Shown here piece by piece: positions 22,520 to 34,758 of a stretch of 64,000 nucleotides of DNA (positions are counted from its first letter, which is position 1; each line of letters starts with the position of its first letter). A model generated the notes under the pieces. It searched no databases. It saw only the letters and a list, made by a program, of their open reading frames with translations, and had not been told where the DNA came from. Location: positions 248,001 to 312,000 of the forward strand of contig CP120456.1 in the NCBI GenBank assembly GCA_034226945.1. Direction: 5' to 3'. Position numbers and translations under genes: made by a program. The stretch is from Picochlorum sp. SENEW3 (taxonomy: Eukaryota).

Positions 22520-25500
22520 ATGAATGGGACATATTCTTTGCCCCCTCCTGAAGCGTGGGCATCGGATGGCCTTCATGGTGGTGGACGTCACATGGTCACT
22601 GTCCATTCCACCGTTGCTGGGAACGATTCTTCAGTTTTGGGAAGCGGAAGTTTCGATGTAGCCAATGATGCGTGGAAGCATTGTAAAGATGTGTCTCGAG
22701 ATGATGCTCGGCCACCTGATGTGTATGAATTATTGTCTCATAGTGTGGGAGAAACGCAGTATGCGTTTCCTCCGAAAGGGGTATGTGTGCTATGGTTCTT
22801 ATTTTGTATAGATGTTCGTAATTAATGGGGAGAATATGTGTGTTGCAGTGGCCTGCGCAGGTCCGCATGGTGTCTCCCATGGTAAATGAAATGCCAAAAA
22901 TGGTCATGGAGCGATATTCTGCGTGTCAGACTGTGGCGTTTTGCGGTGTATTTCCTGAGATTAAGCGAGCATGGGCTTCTGTTGATAATACCTTGTTTTT
23001 GTGGAGATATGATCGATGGCAGGACGTGCCAATTGAGTATCACATTGGTGATCAACCGATTGTTGCTGCTGGGATACTTGTGCCTAAAGCAAACGTGTTT
23101 CAGGCAGCTGTGCAGCATGTGTTGGTGCTGTGTACGACAACAGAAATATGCTTTATTGGTGTGTGTCATGAAGGGAACGATTTCGATGAGGTGACATTGC
23201 AACGATTGCCCCAGTATACAGTGTCGACTGACAATGTGTCCATGATCTCAGTGGCATCGACACAGGATGGGCGAGTGTTTCTTGGGGGGTCTGATGGAAA
23301 TGTGTATGAAATTGTTTATGCTGCAAAGGATACCTGGAGGACAAAGAGATGTGTGAAAGTGTGTCATACGAGGGGTATCAAGGCATACTTGCCATCATTT
23401 ATTCCTTCTAGTTTGCTTGGTTCAGTGCAGCCTATTGTTCAGATTGTTGTCGATGATGAGAGGCATATATTGTATACGAGATCGCAAAGTTCAGTTATAC
23501 ATGTGTTTGATTTAGGAGAGCAAGGGAAAGATGCGCCTTCAAAGGTGGCTGAAACTGTGGATTTTGCAGTGGATGCATCGCGGGCGTTGGGGGGTAGAGA
23601 AGTGTTTGGGCGTGGGGCTGGTGATAAGAAAGGAGGGAGGATTGTGTATATGGCGCCTGTGTCTACGAAGAGTAGTAGGAGGATTCAGTTGTTGACTGTT
23701 ACGGCTGATGGACGGCGGGTGTATTGGTCTGTCATGTCTTCTAGATCATCTGCGTCTCGTCCGGATCGTCTCAAGGCTGAGATTGCCAGGAGAGCAGTTC
23801 CTATTCCTACTGGAGGCAGGTCATATAGTAGCATGGGAAGATCGTTGGAAGTTCTTGCTGCGTGTGCTGTGTCTGATACATTGATTTTAGCAGAGTCTAA
23901 TGCCAGCGAGGGGAGGACATCGCTGTTTTTAATCACTAGAGATTCAACCATTCCTCCAGTTGGGACGGCGACTGGGGCTCTTTGCACGGTTCCAGGACTA
24001 CGAGAATCTGTTTCGCAATTGGAATTCCCTTTGCCGGGTGAAGCATGCGTCATTAGGGATATTCCAAGGGAGTCTGGCAAGGTGGTTGGAATGAATCATC
24101 CAGAATATGCAGTTTCTCAGAGGTTTGCAGTAGCGACCACTGCAGGGGTTGCAGAGGTAGAAATGCTGAGTCCTACTGATACGTTATCTCAGATTCTTGT
24201 AGAAGGAGACAAAGACGCCCTTGAAATGTTCTTCTCGTCGTATGGTGCAGTAGAAGCAGCTGCCATGTGCATCCATCTGGCATGTGGATCGTCATCATCG
24301 TCCAAATCTGTCTCTGGACTTGCAGAAGCTGCTCTTGATGATCCTCGATTATGCGGCCAACCAGAGATTGCACCTGCGCAGCAAAGTGATGGTACAAGAG
24401 GGGAAGAGCCAGCGGCACATCTTCCAAGTGGATTTGATATGGGCGCTGTTGTTCCCATTGCAGAGCCAGAGTGGTCTGCAGCCCACAAAGGGCTCTGTCT
24501 CGTCGTCTCTAGATTATTGCGTGGCGTGTGGGATGATCCGATGTTTAAATATTCTTCGTCTGCCCCAGGTTTATTGTCATGCACCATCAGTTTGGACGAA
24601 TTGGAGTCTATGTGTGAGACATTGCGAGATTTGGCCGAGTTTTTGTCCAGATACATTCATAGAAGGAAGAGCGGTCGCTCCAATGGCCTGGCCGAATATA
24701 TTAATGAGGCTCCAATCAACAAGAGACAAAAGCTAGAGGATGCTATTCGAGCTGAATTGAAGAGGACGGAGCAAGTGAAAGCTCTTGTTTCCAGGGTTGC
24801 AGATGGGTGCTTCTTGTTGATGGTCCTGTCAACCCATAATATTTCTCGTCTCGCAGCTCGAATGGAAAGTGGGGCGCGTCGCATTCTCAGATCCTTGCGG
24901 TTCAGGGATTGGATGTCACAGGAAGAGGGAGACATGGCAGCTTCACAATTGATTGCAGCCCTCATCTCAGAGCATCTGACAGACGCAGGGGAATTCTCCA
25001 GTGAGCTTGCTGTGACATTGCAGAGAGGATGTCCTTCATATTTCAAAGATGACGATCGCAAGTATTATGATGCTCGTAGTCTTTTGCGAAAAGCAGAAGG
25101 TGCAAACTCTCCTGTCGACAGAGAGAACATTATCAAAGAGGCCGTTGCACTCTTGATGCATGTTCCTCTATCCTCCGACTTGGCACAAGTTATACCGCAA
25201 TTAGCAATGCTAAGGGCGTTTGATTATATTGTTGAGCTAGCGGTCAAGGTATGTTGATCTATGTATGCATATATCCATCGATTCCACGATGTCCTCACAT
25301 GAGTTCCTCTGCCTTCTGCAGAAAGCAAGTGCTGTGGACCCCTCAAACCTAGCATTAGAGCAAGACCCCTCCGTGTCTCAACCGGCAAAGGCGAAAAGAT
25401 TGGAATCTTGTTATGTACATCTGTGCGACCTTATGAGAGTTTTGAAGGACACCTCAGGAAAAAAAGCCCCAGCATCCTTGGAAACTTTTGAGAAGAGTCT

Positions 25501-26776
25501 GAAAAGAGAAGAGAAGGCTGCACTTGCGTCGGTTCTAATTCGCCACACGGCAGCATCTGAGGATCCAATATTGCACGAAAGTGTATACGAAACTCTGATA
25601 CAGATAAATTGCATACAGGATCTACTTGGCATGGGAGGAGAGACGCTTGAAAACTACCTTTTCCAAAGCAGTGGGCTGACATCAGCAATGACAGGGCTCC
25701 CTGCAGAGCCATTGACGGCAGAACAGGTGCTACATGCAGAGGTTCTTGCAAAATATTATGTTAAAGTGAAAGAATATGCGGCAGCAGCAGGTGTTTATGA
25801 GCATCTAGCATTCCAAGTTGCAGATGTTATTGAGCCGCCTAGACCAACCTTGGAAAAGCGTGTCGAATACTTGGAATCTGCAGTTCTCCAAGCACGGTCT
25901 TGCGGTGACTCTGGCCTGGTTGATAGGTTAGCTACGAAGACTGAGCTCGGGCATATACAAATTAAGATTGAAAGTATGCTGAGAAGTAAGGGACTCTTGG
26001 GTCAAGATTCCGGGGAGGACTTGCACAAGGTACCGCGGACGCTGTTGTCCTTGGAAGAACTTTATAATGACATTGCTCGCAAACATAACCTTTGGAGAGA
26101 GTGCTTGGAACTAATCAATATTGCCTCGTTCAATGATACTGCCTATGTGAGGCAGCTCTGGGATCTGTACATGGAGCATGAATGGATGGAAGTATGGGGA
26201 AGGAGACCGGAAGAGGAACAGAGTTCTTTAGATGCCTTGGATGCCATGTGCTCAGCTGTGTCTTCATTAGGAAGATCTTTCTATCCAAATGAAAACAGCC
26301 TACCAATGGCATCGATTTTGTGTCGATTTGAGCAAGCAGCAGCTGGTCAGTGGCCAATTGATTCTGGGATCGCTCCTTCCGCAGGACCAAGCATCGTCCG
26401 TCAAAATCTTCTAAATCTCTGCTGTGACTCTTATGAAAATGCTATAAAATCTTACGATTCACTCATGACTGTGAGGAGCAGTGGACCCAATGGAGCTGAG
26501 TTACACAATCCTGATTTCAGGTTTAGAGTCTTATGTTCGATCAAAGATTTGGTTGATGATGCCTTGCAAGGTGGTTTGGATCAGTTCAGTAACATCGGTA
26601 GCCATTTGCATACTAAGCGAAGGCTTTTGGGAATCCTAGCTTCAGCATGCGAATCTTACGCTGCTGAGTCTAGACAGCTAGGACTGGTAGCAGGTGAGCA
26701 ACTTGGAAAAGAATTTGACACAACATCTGAGAAAATTGAAGCAAAGCTACGCAGTATCTCGTCCACCATCATTTGA
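22520..26776 (+). CDS. NUP155: Nucleoporin Nup155/Nup170, 3 exons
   Basis: GVFPEIKRAWASVDNTLFLWRY, GRVFLGGSDGNVYEIVY, YGAVEAAAMC, CPSYF and TLEKRVEYL motifs; introns near 22781-22860 and 25249-25321. Confidence 0.92.
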
Positions 26777-26849
26777 TAAATATAACAGATTCATGATTTA
26801 AAATGAATCAATACATGATTGAATGCATCATAGTGTGTAATAGAGCAGC

Positions 26850-29800
26850 CTATACTTTTCCAGCAAGCTTGTGATATGCGTCCCACATGGCTTGCACAGA
26901 ATCCTGAGTTGACACTCGCGAAGAAATATCTGTTGCAGCATGGTAGAATTTGAGACATTTTAGAAGCGTCATAATCACATCCCGGATCGCATTTACTGGC
27001 GAGTCCTCGTATTTGTGGATGGCATCCACTATTATTGGCTGAACATCAGTATACATGGAAGCACCATCCAAGGTCTTCTCTATACATCCCAACAGAACAA
27101 TCTTGGATGTGCCTGTTATGGTCCCACGATGAAATGGTTCTATATATGCCGATAAAAGATGTATCCAAAAGTCTTTGGGGGCGGATGCCGTAGCACTAGG
27201 ATCCACATGGTCTTGGGAGGACCTGGCACAAAGATCAACTGCACGCTTGCATACTGTCTCTACTTTTTGAGCGTATGTCTCTACATTTTCAGGGGTGCAC
27301 TCGAATAAGCGGTTGTTGGAGTTCTCTATTTCTTTCATGAATATTTCGAATGCTCCTTTGAAATCTCCTTTTCTCTCCAACAGAAATGCAGAGGCCTGAT
27401 GAAGATTGTATTCTGCGCAATATTCCAGACAGTCATCAATGTCATACGAGTCTGTTGTTCTCAAATACTCCATGACATTTTCAGGCTCAAATCTGCACAT
27501 TAATCGTAGATATAGACTTGCAGTCGACTGATCATTGATCAAATTGAACCATGCAGCATATTCAGGGTCCTGCAAAAAAGAACAAACATTCAGATCATGC
27601 ATGAACTCTGTCCACGAGCAGAACAGGTCTACAGGTTTATAAACTAAACATACCAGGGGCTTTTGCATGTCGATGCCTGAGGCTGAACTGGGAATCTGGT
27701 CTTTGAGTATTGATATAACAGACTGCAAAAAGTTGAACTGAAGATTTGAATCAGAATTCAAAGCTTCCAAAATCTCTTTCTGATTATTGCCTGAAAATTC
27801 TAGAGCAATCTCAGCACTAATATCAGGATCAATTTTGACCAATTCAGGGTACAATTTCAAGGATGCATCTCGAAACGTATCCCTCTTCTGCTTCGAGATA
27901 CTGTTATCGCTCAAAATGTCCCTGTAGAATTTGAGTGCACGTCTATTCTCGCGCTCATCCCTCAAAATGCACTCCATGGCTGCCATATATTGCCCTTTCA
28001 TGTACATAATCTGAGCCTCAGAGGAAGAAAACCGGGCTTTACGAGCCAACTCCAGAAGTCTATCATCAGACACATCCTTAGAGTTTGATACCACTTCCGT
28101 GAAGATCTTCTGACAAGCATCGAATGCCGTTTCATCAGTAAAATGCAAGCTAGAAACGTATTTGAGGACCGAGTATATTATATCCTTTGGTATCGAAGCC
28201 CTGTTCGATGATACATGATGTGCAATGAATTGCAATTTTGACTCAGTTCCCACTGGCATTTGATCAACAGACGTCGAAAGATCATCCTCATCAAGTAAGT
28301 CCACAACTCGATTAACAGCAGCCTGAGTCAGCGTTTGAAGTTCATGTGGTGAAGATTGTGCCCCTGAGGTATGTGCATCAGAGCCTTGTTGCTCCCATAT
28401 ATCCTTCTCAAGTGCATCCCATGATGACAACAACCTTTGTAGCATACCCAGAATTCTCTTCGCGTCCATCTCACATAAAAACGAAAGAACTGGTCGATGA
28501 GGATACACATGGTATATATCATCCCCAGACTTAGTGACTGCCAAATTTGCGACAGATTCCCATAACCGAACCACTTCCTGGATTTGATCCTTTGTGGAGT
28601 AAAGGACAAAATCCATCATTTGCAGTCTCATTTCCTGTTCTTGTTCAAAATCACTTTTCCCGGTACCTGGTGGATACTTGTTCCCAGATAAACACGTGTC
28701 AATATACACCAGAAGTTTTTGTGTCAATCCATTCCCCCTTCCTGACTTGTGCTCATCAACTGCAGCGGCAAATAAAAGCGCAGCGGGGCTCTTATAATCC
28801 TTCATCGCTCTTGAGAAAATGTACAAAACCACGGAGAAAAGTTGATGTTTGATACACAGCGGTATGAGCTGGTTCAGATCCAGAGATCCCACATCAAACC
28901 TCAAAATCACACGTTCTATTCTCTGAATTTCTAGTCGTGCCACAAAGTACTCTACCAAACTCTGAATTATCTGAGGGGGCAAATCACTTGAAACCCTCCG
29001 ATCCAGTATTGCACTTTCCAGGTTCTCTAAGAAGCAATGCCAGGAAGAAGGCTCTATTTTAAGAGTTTCAGAGACGTGTCCCTGGTCCTTCAACAGAGGA
29101 ACAATCTCATCATACAAAAAATCAAGTCGATCAGCCAACAAGCACACATCAATTGACAAAACGATTGCTTGTCTCATTCTATAAATATTACTATCCGTTC
29201 GATCACTCAATACCTGACTGAGAGCCTGTTGTATGTACATGACCATCAATGCTAAAAGCTGCTTCTTCAGTGTTGAACCTTCCCGAGGGAATGCCACGTT
29301 GGAAGGCCATGTACCCCTTTGCACGACTTCTGAACCTATTTCCAGACGATGGAAAAGTATGACAGTATGAGACAACGCATCCTCTGGAAGATTCTTTGCC
29401 ACCAATGCTCCAACCTTCTGCTGCCAGGTGAGCAGCTGTACAACTCGTACCCCATGCGATGTCAGAATCATAATATCAGGACCGCCCAGAACAGATCCAC
29501 TCCAAACAAGCTGCCCATCCAGTAAATCTTCAGAAGGCTGAGGTATGATCCAATCTTGAAAGCAGTTGCGCTCAATATTTGGAATATTCTTGCATACGAC
29601 ATCATCATCATTCCCCCCGAGATACTGTTCAGGAAGCAGCAATTGCACGCATGTCTTCTCCGTTTCCTGCTCATGATGGACTATTCCTAGCACGGCTAAT
29701 TCCGATAAAAATGCAACACCCTGAATCGTTGCCTCGCACTGTAAACTCTTTTGTTTTGTAACCTTCACTGTGGACATGCCTTTTTTCAACCCAGTCTCCA

Positions 29801-31022
29801 TCCGGCAAGAATACAAAGCTACACTGCTCCCTTGAGCAGCAGCTATACACACATCAGTATGCGAATCAATGCTACCCATATGCTTCCATGCAGCACACCA
29901 CGGCCCATCATCATCGCTCTGAGCTACTATGCGCATCACAGCAACTCTTCCAGTACTGTGCACTCGGGCAACAAGCACTCCTTTGGTTGTGGACACCAGT
30001 ACATATGGGCAATGATCTCCACACAAATCCATTGGTAGCCCTTCGATCCCTACAATATTGCCAACATCCTGCATCGAATCCGCCTTCAGAGTATTTAGGA
30101 ATGAGGGACCTGTAGCCTGGCCTGTCAGCTGCCTGCTAATCCCAGCCAACGCCTGAGCTGTAATACTCAAATACCGCTGTACATTATGAGTCATTAATCG
30201 TCCATGTGAATCAGAAGACATAATCCACGATACACTTCCAACATGAACAACACACAATGCTGTGATACGTGCAGCATGGCATCCAACTATATCCTTCCCA
30301 TGACTCCATCCGCTCTTTTGATGACCTACAAGTCCTCTATTCTCCCATATTCGAATCAAACCTGAGGCATAACCAACCACCAAGAGCATTGAATTTCCGT
30401 ATGGACAGATGTGCATTGCAGTCACTCCGCGAGCATTGTGAACCTCATCACCACGAGGGGCAACTGGTGTTTCCACTGATGACTCATACACCACCGCCAC
30501 GCTTCCATCCGAAGCACCAACAGCAATACATGTACCAAACCGAGCAATCACATTCATCACACTGGAATGCACCTTCTTCCCTCCAGGAGAATGCAAGAAT
30601 TCATTCGAATATTGTACAAAATTCCTGCTCACTGATAATGCCGACTCGGCATCCTCAGTTCTAGCAGCCAAGCCATCAAGCCGCGATACAATCCCAGCAA
30701 CCAATGTATCCCTATCACGATACGCATTCTCCACGGATGTCGAGACCTGCCCACTCACACCCAGCATTGCTTCTTCCTCCCTTTGACACTCCTCAAAACT
30801 CACCCATCGATACTGTCCAGCCTCGTGCGCATCCATAGAGGAAACAGCAGTTTCAGCATCATTGGCAGTGTGTATCAAACTCTGAAGACCAATGTCCATC
30901 CGATCAGAACCACCATCCACAGATGTTTCCACATCAGACAAACACTCTTGCTCCTCCTCCTCCTCCTCCTTCTCAACATCATTGGCGGTATCATCCATCA
31001 AACCCGTATCACCCTTATCCAT
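26850..31022 (-). CDS. VPS8: Vps8 (CORVET subunit): WD40 + Vps8 domain + clathrin-like repeat
   Basis: LPPQIIQSLVEYF...IERVILRFDVGSLDLNQLIPLCIKHQLF...DYKSP and YLRLMCRFEP..VMEYLR...AFLLERKGD; in-frame 84-nt intron 27653-27570. Confidence 0.85.
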   Translation of the reverse strand: MDKGDTGLMDDTANDVEKEEEEEEQECLSDVETSVDGGSDRMDIGLQSLIHTANDAETAVSSMDAHEAGQYRWVSFEECQREEEAMLGVSGQVSTSVENAYRDRDTLVAGIVSRLDGLAARTEDAESALSVSRNFVQYSNEFLHSPGGKKVHSSVMNVIARFGTCIAVGASDGSVAVVYESSVETPVAPRGDEVHNARGVTAMHICPYGNSMLLVVGYASGLIRIWENRGLVGHQKSGWSHGKDIVGCHAARITALCVVHVGSVSWIMSSDSHGRLMTHNVQRYLSITAQALAGISRQLTGQATGPSFLNTLKADSMQDVGNIVGIEGLPMDLCGDHCPYVLVSTTKGVLVARVHSTGRVAVMRIVAQSDDDGPWCAAWKHMGSIDSHTDVCIAAAQGSSVALYSCRMETGLKKGMSTVKVTKQKSLQCEATIQGVAFLSELAVLGIVHHEQETEKTCVQLLLPEQYLGGNDDDVVCKNIPNIERNCFQDWIIPQPSEDLLDGQLVWSGSVLGGPDIMILTSHGVRVVQLLTWQQKVGALVAKNLPEDALSHTVILFHRLEIGSEVVQRGTWPSNVAFPREGSTLKKQLLALMVMYIQQALSQVLSDRTDSNIYRMRQAIVLSIDVCLLADRLDFLYDEIVPLLKDQGHVSETLKIEPSSWHCFLENLESAILDRRVSSDLPPQIIQSLVEYFVARLEIQRIERVILRFDVGSLDLNQLIPLCIKHQLFSVVLYIFSRAMKDYKSPAALLFAAAVDEHKSGRGNGLTQKLLVYIDTCLSGNKYPPGTGKSDFEQEQEMRLQMMDFVLYSTKDQIQEVVRLWESVANLAVTKSGDDIYHVYPHRPVLSFLCEMDAKRILGMLQRLLSSWDALEKDIWEQQGSDAHTSGAQSSPHELQTLTQAAVNRVVDLLDEDDLSTSVDQMPVGTESKLQFIAHHVSSNRASIPKDIIYSVLKYVSSLHFTDETAFDACQKIFTEVVSNSKDVSDDRLLELARKARFSSSEAQIMYMKGQYMAAMECILRDERENRRALKFYRDILSDNSISKQKRDTFRDASLKLYPELVKIDPDISAEIALEFSGNNQKEILEALNSDSNLQFNFLQSVISILKDQIPSSASGIDMQKPLVCLVYKPVDLFCSWTEFMHDLNVCSFLQDPEYAAWFNLINDQSTASLYLRLMCRFEPENVMEYLRTTDSYDIDDCLEYCAEYNLHQASAFLLERKGDFKGAFEIFMKEIENSNNRLFECTPENVETYAQKVETVCKRAVDLCARSSQDHVDPSATASAPKDFWIHLLSAYIEPFHRGTITGTSKIVLLGCIEKTLDGASMYTDVQPIIVDAIHKYEDSPVNAIRDVIMTLLKCLKFYHAATDISSRVSTQDSVQAMWDAYHKLAGKV

Positions 31023-31606
31023 TACGAAGAACAAGAACTAATCACCATCTAACGGGGCATTCCAGACGATTTAAAATCCATGTTCTGACTCAAACGGAAG
31101 TGTATTACAAAATTGGACTCAAGGAATCGTACAGGACACAAACTCAATCGCCCCAATCCACGTATGAATCCTTATATAGGTTATGAAGGATTACAGTAAT
31201 TCTTTCCTGCAGCAAATATGAAATTCTATTCAATAAACAACTGGGCATGGTCCATGAACTACCCGGAATCCTGAATGACATGTGACCTCCCATCAAATAT
31301 GCTTCTGGAAGGGAGATTCAGATGTTCAACGAACGGGAACAAGTAGATGGCAAGCCATGGACAATCAGCAGTAGTATTCAACTATTTGTCCATTAGACGG
31401 ATATTAAGAGGATACAAGTGTATATTTTGGTCATCTGAGAGATCAAGGCGTGGTCTAGTGAGAGGGTGACTGATTGATTGCTTGATCCTACCAACAGGCA
31501 CTGATTTGGTGACGCTTTCTTCGTTCACACAGCCACAGACCTTGCTTTATTTGTTTATATAAATAGTTCACGGATATTGGTGAAGTAGATTTGACAACGG
31601 AGAAGA

Positions 31607-32953
31607 ATGTCTGGTAACGTTGTCGTGGACAGGTCCAAGGAGGTTGCCTTTCCAAGGTCGTATCAGCCATCTCAGGGGATTCCAGCGGATACAGATGTAA
31701 ATGAAGATTTATATACAAAGCTGAAAGCGCTGGAGAAACAGCTCGAGTTCCTGGAGATTCAGGTGAGTTTTCTTTTTCTTACTTGCTGGACACAATCAAC
31801 ATGCCGTCCTCTGCTGGTTGCCTGGCGTATCCGTTCATCAATGATAATGTGATTATATATGATGTAGGAGGAATATATTAAAGAAGAGCAGAAGAACCTG
31901 AAGAATGAATTGCTTCGGGCCCAGGAGGAAGTGAAGAGGATTCAAGCGGTGCCCATTGTGATTGGCCAGTTTTTAGAAATGGTTGATGAGCATCACGGGA
32001 TTGTGAGCAGTACGACGGGATCGAACTACTATGTGAGAATTTTGAGTACGCTGAATAGGGAGCTGTTGAAGCCGTCTGCGTCTGTTGCGCTTCATAGGCA
32101 TTCCAATGCATTGGTTGATGTATTGCCTCCAGAGGCAGATTCAACGATATCAGTCCTGGCGGATTCGGAGAGGCCCAATGTTACGTATCAGGATATTGGA
32201 GGAATGGACATGCAAAAGCAGGAGATTAAAGAGGCTGTGGAGCTTCCTTTGGTACAGGGTGACCTGTATGAGCAGATTGGTATTGATCCGCCGCGAGGAG
32301 TGTTGCTGTATGGGCCACCAGGAACAGGGAAGACAATGCTCGCCAAGGCTGTCGCGCATCACACAACGGCAGCATTTATCAGAGTTGTTGGATCAGAGTT
32401 CGTACAGAAGTATCTCGGAGAAGGGCCTCGAATGGTGAGAGATGTGTTCCGTCTGGCAAAGGAGAATGCACCATCAATCATCTTTGTTGATGAAGTGGAT
32501 GCCATTGCAACAGCCCGATTCGATGCACAGACAGGCGCGGATAGAGAGGTTCAGAGAATTCTCATGGAACTTTTGACCCAAATGGATGGGTTTGAGCAGA
32601 ATACGAATGTCAAGGTGATTATGGCAACGAATAGAGCAGACACGTTGGATCCAGCATTGCTCAGGCCTGGGCGCTTGGACAGAAAGATTGAATTCCCCTT
32701 GCCAGATAGACGTCAAAAGCGCCTGGTTTTCCAAGCATGCACGTCTAAAATGAATCTCTCTGATGAAGTGGATTTGGAAGACTACGTCGCTCGCCCAGAT
32801 AAGATTAATAATGCAGAAATTGCATCCATTTGTCAAGAAGCTGGCATGTTGGCAGTCCGAAAGAATAGATACGTTATTCTTCCAAAGGACTTTGAAGATG
32901 CGTATAAGAATATCATTAAGAAGGCGTCTGATTCATTTGAATTCTATCAATAA
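31607..32953 (+). CDS. RPT3: 26S proteasome AAA-ATPase subunit RPT3 (6B), 2 exons
   Basis: GPPGTGKT Walker [31 protein letters not shown]; intron about 31763-31867. Confidence 0.96.
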
Positions 32954-33420
32954 TGTAATATCGCTCATCATATGAGTAATACTAGTTGTCATGGAATATT
33001 GAGAGCAACCATGCATTACTTTCATGCAACCTGCCTGGTGCCCAACTGCCGATGCTGAGTATTTCGAGGCACATCGCCTCGGGGACGATGAGGCAAACTC
33101 ATCTTGTGCTTGTATTATTCCATCATATTTGCGTGTTGTATTAAAAAATAAATACGATATATACAGACATTGATGCATTCAAGGAGGAAATAGTACTTGA
33201 GTGCATGAATGGGCTTCCAAAGTACCCTTTAGAGTAGATGAATTTCATTCCCGGTAAACAGATAGTGCCCTCAATAGTATATTTTCATGGATGTAAATAA
33301 TATTATAAAGGAGGGAGATGTCACCGAGGACAGGAGAGTTCACGAAACGGTGCGAGAGTTACTCTGTACAGTTTTCTTGGGTGAGTCTGTGGTGACACGT
33401 GTTTTTTTATTCATGCGTCC

Positions 33421-34644
33421 ATGCAGGCCCCTGAGGGTAAGATTCAGAATCCTTCAAAGAGTGTAGATGGGCAAAATCACATCCATGTGAAGGCTGATTG
33501 TGCATCAGCAGTGGTGGATGATGGGGAAACTGATATTCTTGGACTGCAAGCTAAAATGATGGAGGCGCTCGGTTTTGTCGATATAACGGAAGATGAATTA
33601 GTAGTAGATGAGATGAATTCTAGCAAAACTAATGCCCAACATGTCAGTGTGCAATACAGGGTTCATACAGAGGGCGGGATCAAGCCTCGTTCACCAATGT
33701 ATGAACCAGGAGTACCAACAAGTCCTTGTATTGATCCCTCTTTCCGGGGACCACTGTCCGAAGACAGGAGAAATCGATTGAGGGTATTTGAATACTATAC
33801 TCCATATCTACAGGGACCAGGGTATCGTTTTTATCCGAGCTGCTTCAGGCAAACGGTTGCCACAACATCATCTCCATGCAGAGAGGTGTCATCGCATGAT
33901 GATGTTCGGCAGGCACCCAAGGAAACCTCTACTCCGGATGCATCACGAAAAAAAAGTGACATGAAATTTGTCCCGAATCCAATGGATATGCGAGAGATGA
34001 TGGAGGCGAAAGCTCGTGTAGAAGCAAGTCTTGCTGTATATCAGAAGGAGTGGCCACCTTTGCCAAACAGCATGGCAAATCCCACGGCTCCGAGCCATTT
34101 CTCGTCTGTTGACGATGATCAAGAGGCACAAGAATCTCTCACTGGTATTGATGGTAATTACCAACCATATTGCAACCAGATTATCACGCCAAAGCTGAAT
34201 GAAGCAGCATATGTGACCCTGGTCGAGCTGAAACGATTGCAGCAGTTGGCGGAATCAAGCCTGATCCATCATGAAACCGGACAGACCAAGGCATCGTTGC
34301 GAAAGAGATACTACTGTTCGTTAAAGGAAGTCTCAAAAGTGATTCGATCTTGCAAACTCATCATCATAGCTCCTGATGTGAGACCATCATCAACTGCGAA
34401 TATCAAACCAGTCAGGCTACTCATGTCTGTGATTGAAGAAGCAACAAAAGAAGGGACACCATATATATTCGCGCTGTCTCGAAAAGGAATCGGCCGAGTA
34501 TTTGGAAAGGATAAGAACATGTCAATCATGGCCATCATGTCTTTAGATGGAGTAGAGAGGGAATGTCAAATTATGATTGAGGAAGCACAGCGTGGCCGAG
34601 AGATCTACAGGCAATCACGCACCTCACCTTCCGGCACAATCTAA
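33421..34644 (+). CDS. SBP2: SECIS-binding protein 2-like (SID + L7Ae domain)
   Basis: YCNQIITPKLN...LVELKRLQ followed by L7Ae-like KRYYCSLKEVSK..KLIIIAPD...YIFALSRKGIG. Confidence 0.75.
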   Translation: MQAPEGKIQNPSKSVDGQNHIHVKADCASAVVDDGETDILGLQAKMMEALGFVDITEDELVVDEMNSSKTNAQHVSVQYRVHTEGGIKPRSPMYEPGVPTSPCIDPSFRGPLSEDRRNRLRVFEYYTPYLQGPGYRFYPSCFRQTVATTSSPCREVSSHDDVRQAPKETSTPDASRKKSDMKFVPNPMDMREMMEAKARVEASLAVYQKEWPPLPNSMANPTAPSHFSSVDDDQEAQESLTGIDGNYQPYCNQIITPKLNEAAYVTLVELKRLQQLAESSLIHHETGQTKASLRKRYYCSLKEVSKVIRSCKLIIIAPDVRPSSTANIKPVRLLMSVIEEATKEGTPYIFALSRKGIGRVFGKDKNMSIMAIMSLDGVERECQIMIEEAQRGREIYRQSRTSPSGTI

Positions 34645-34758
34645 GTACCATGAAGCGAGATCAGAAACATTTTTCAAGAATAATATCACATGTTCCAAAA
34701 GAATAAATGTATGTATTTGAATATAAACAAACTGTGTGTAAGAGAAAACAAGTGCATG

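Noticed and set aside
31167..31320. Two short hairpins upstream of VPS8, one followed by ACA on the minus strand, as H/ACA RNAs
   Set aside because: Stems are short, and I could not identify an H box or a pseudouridylation pocket matching rRNA.
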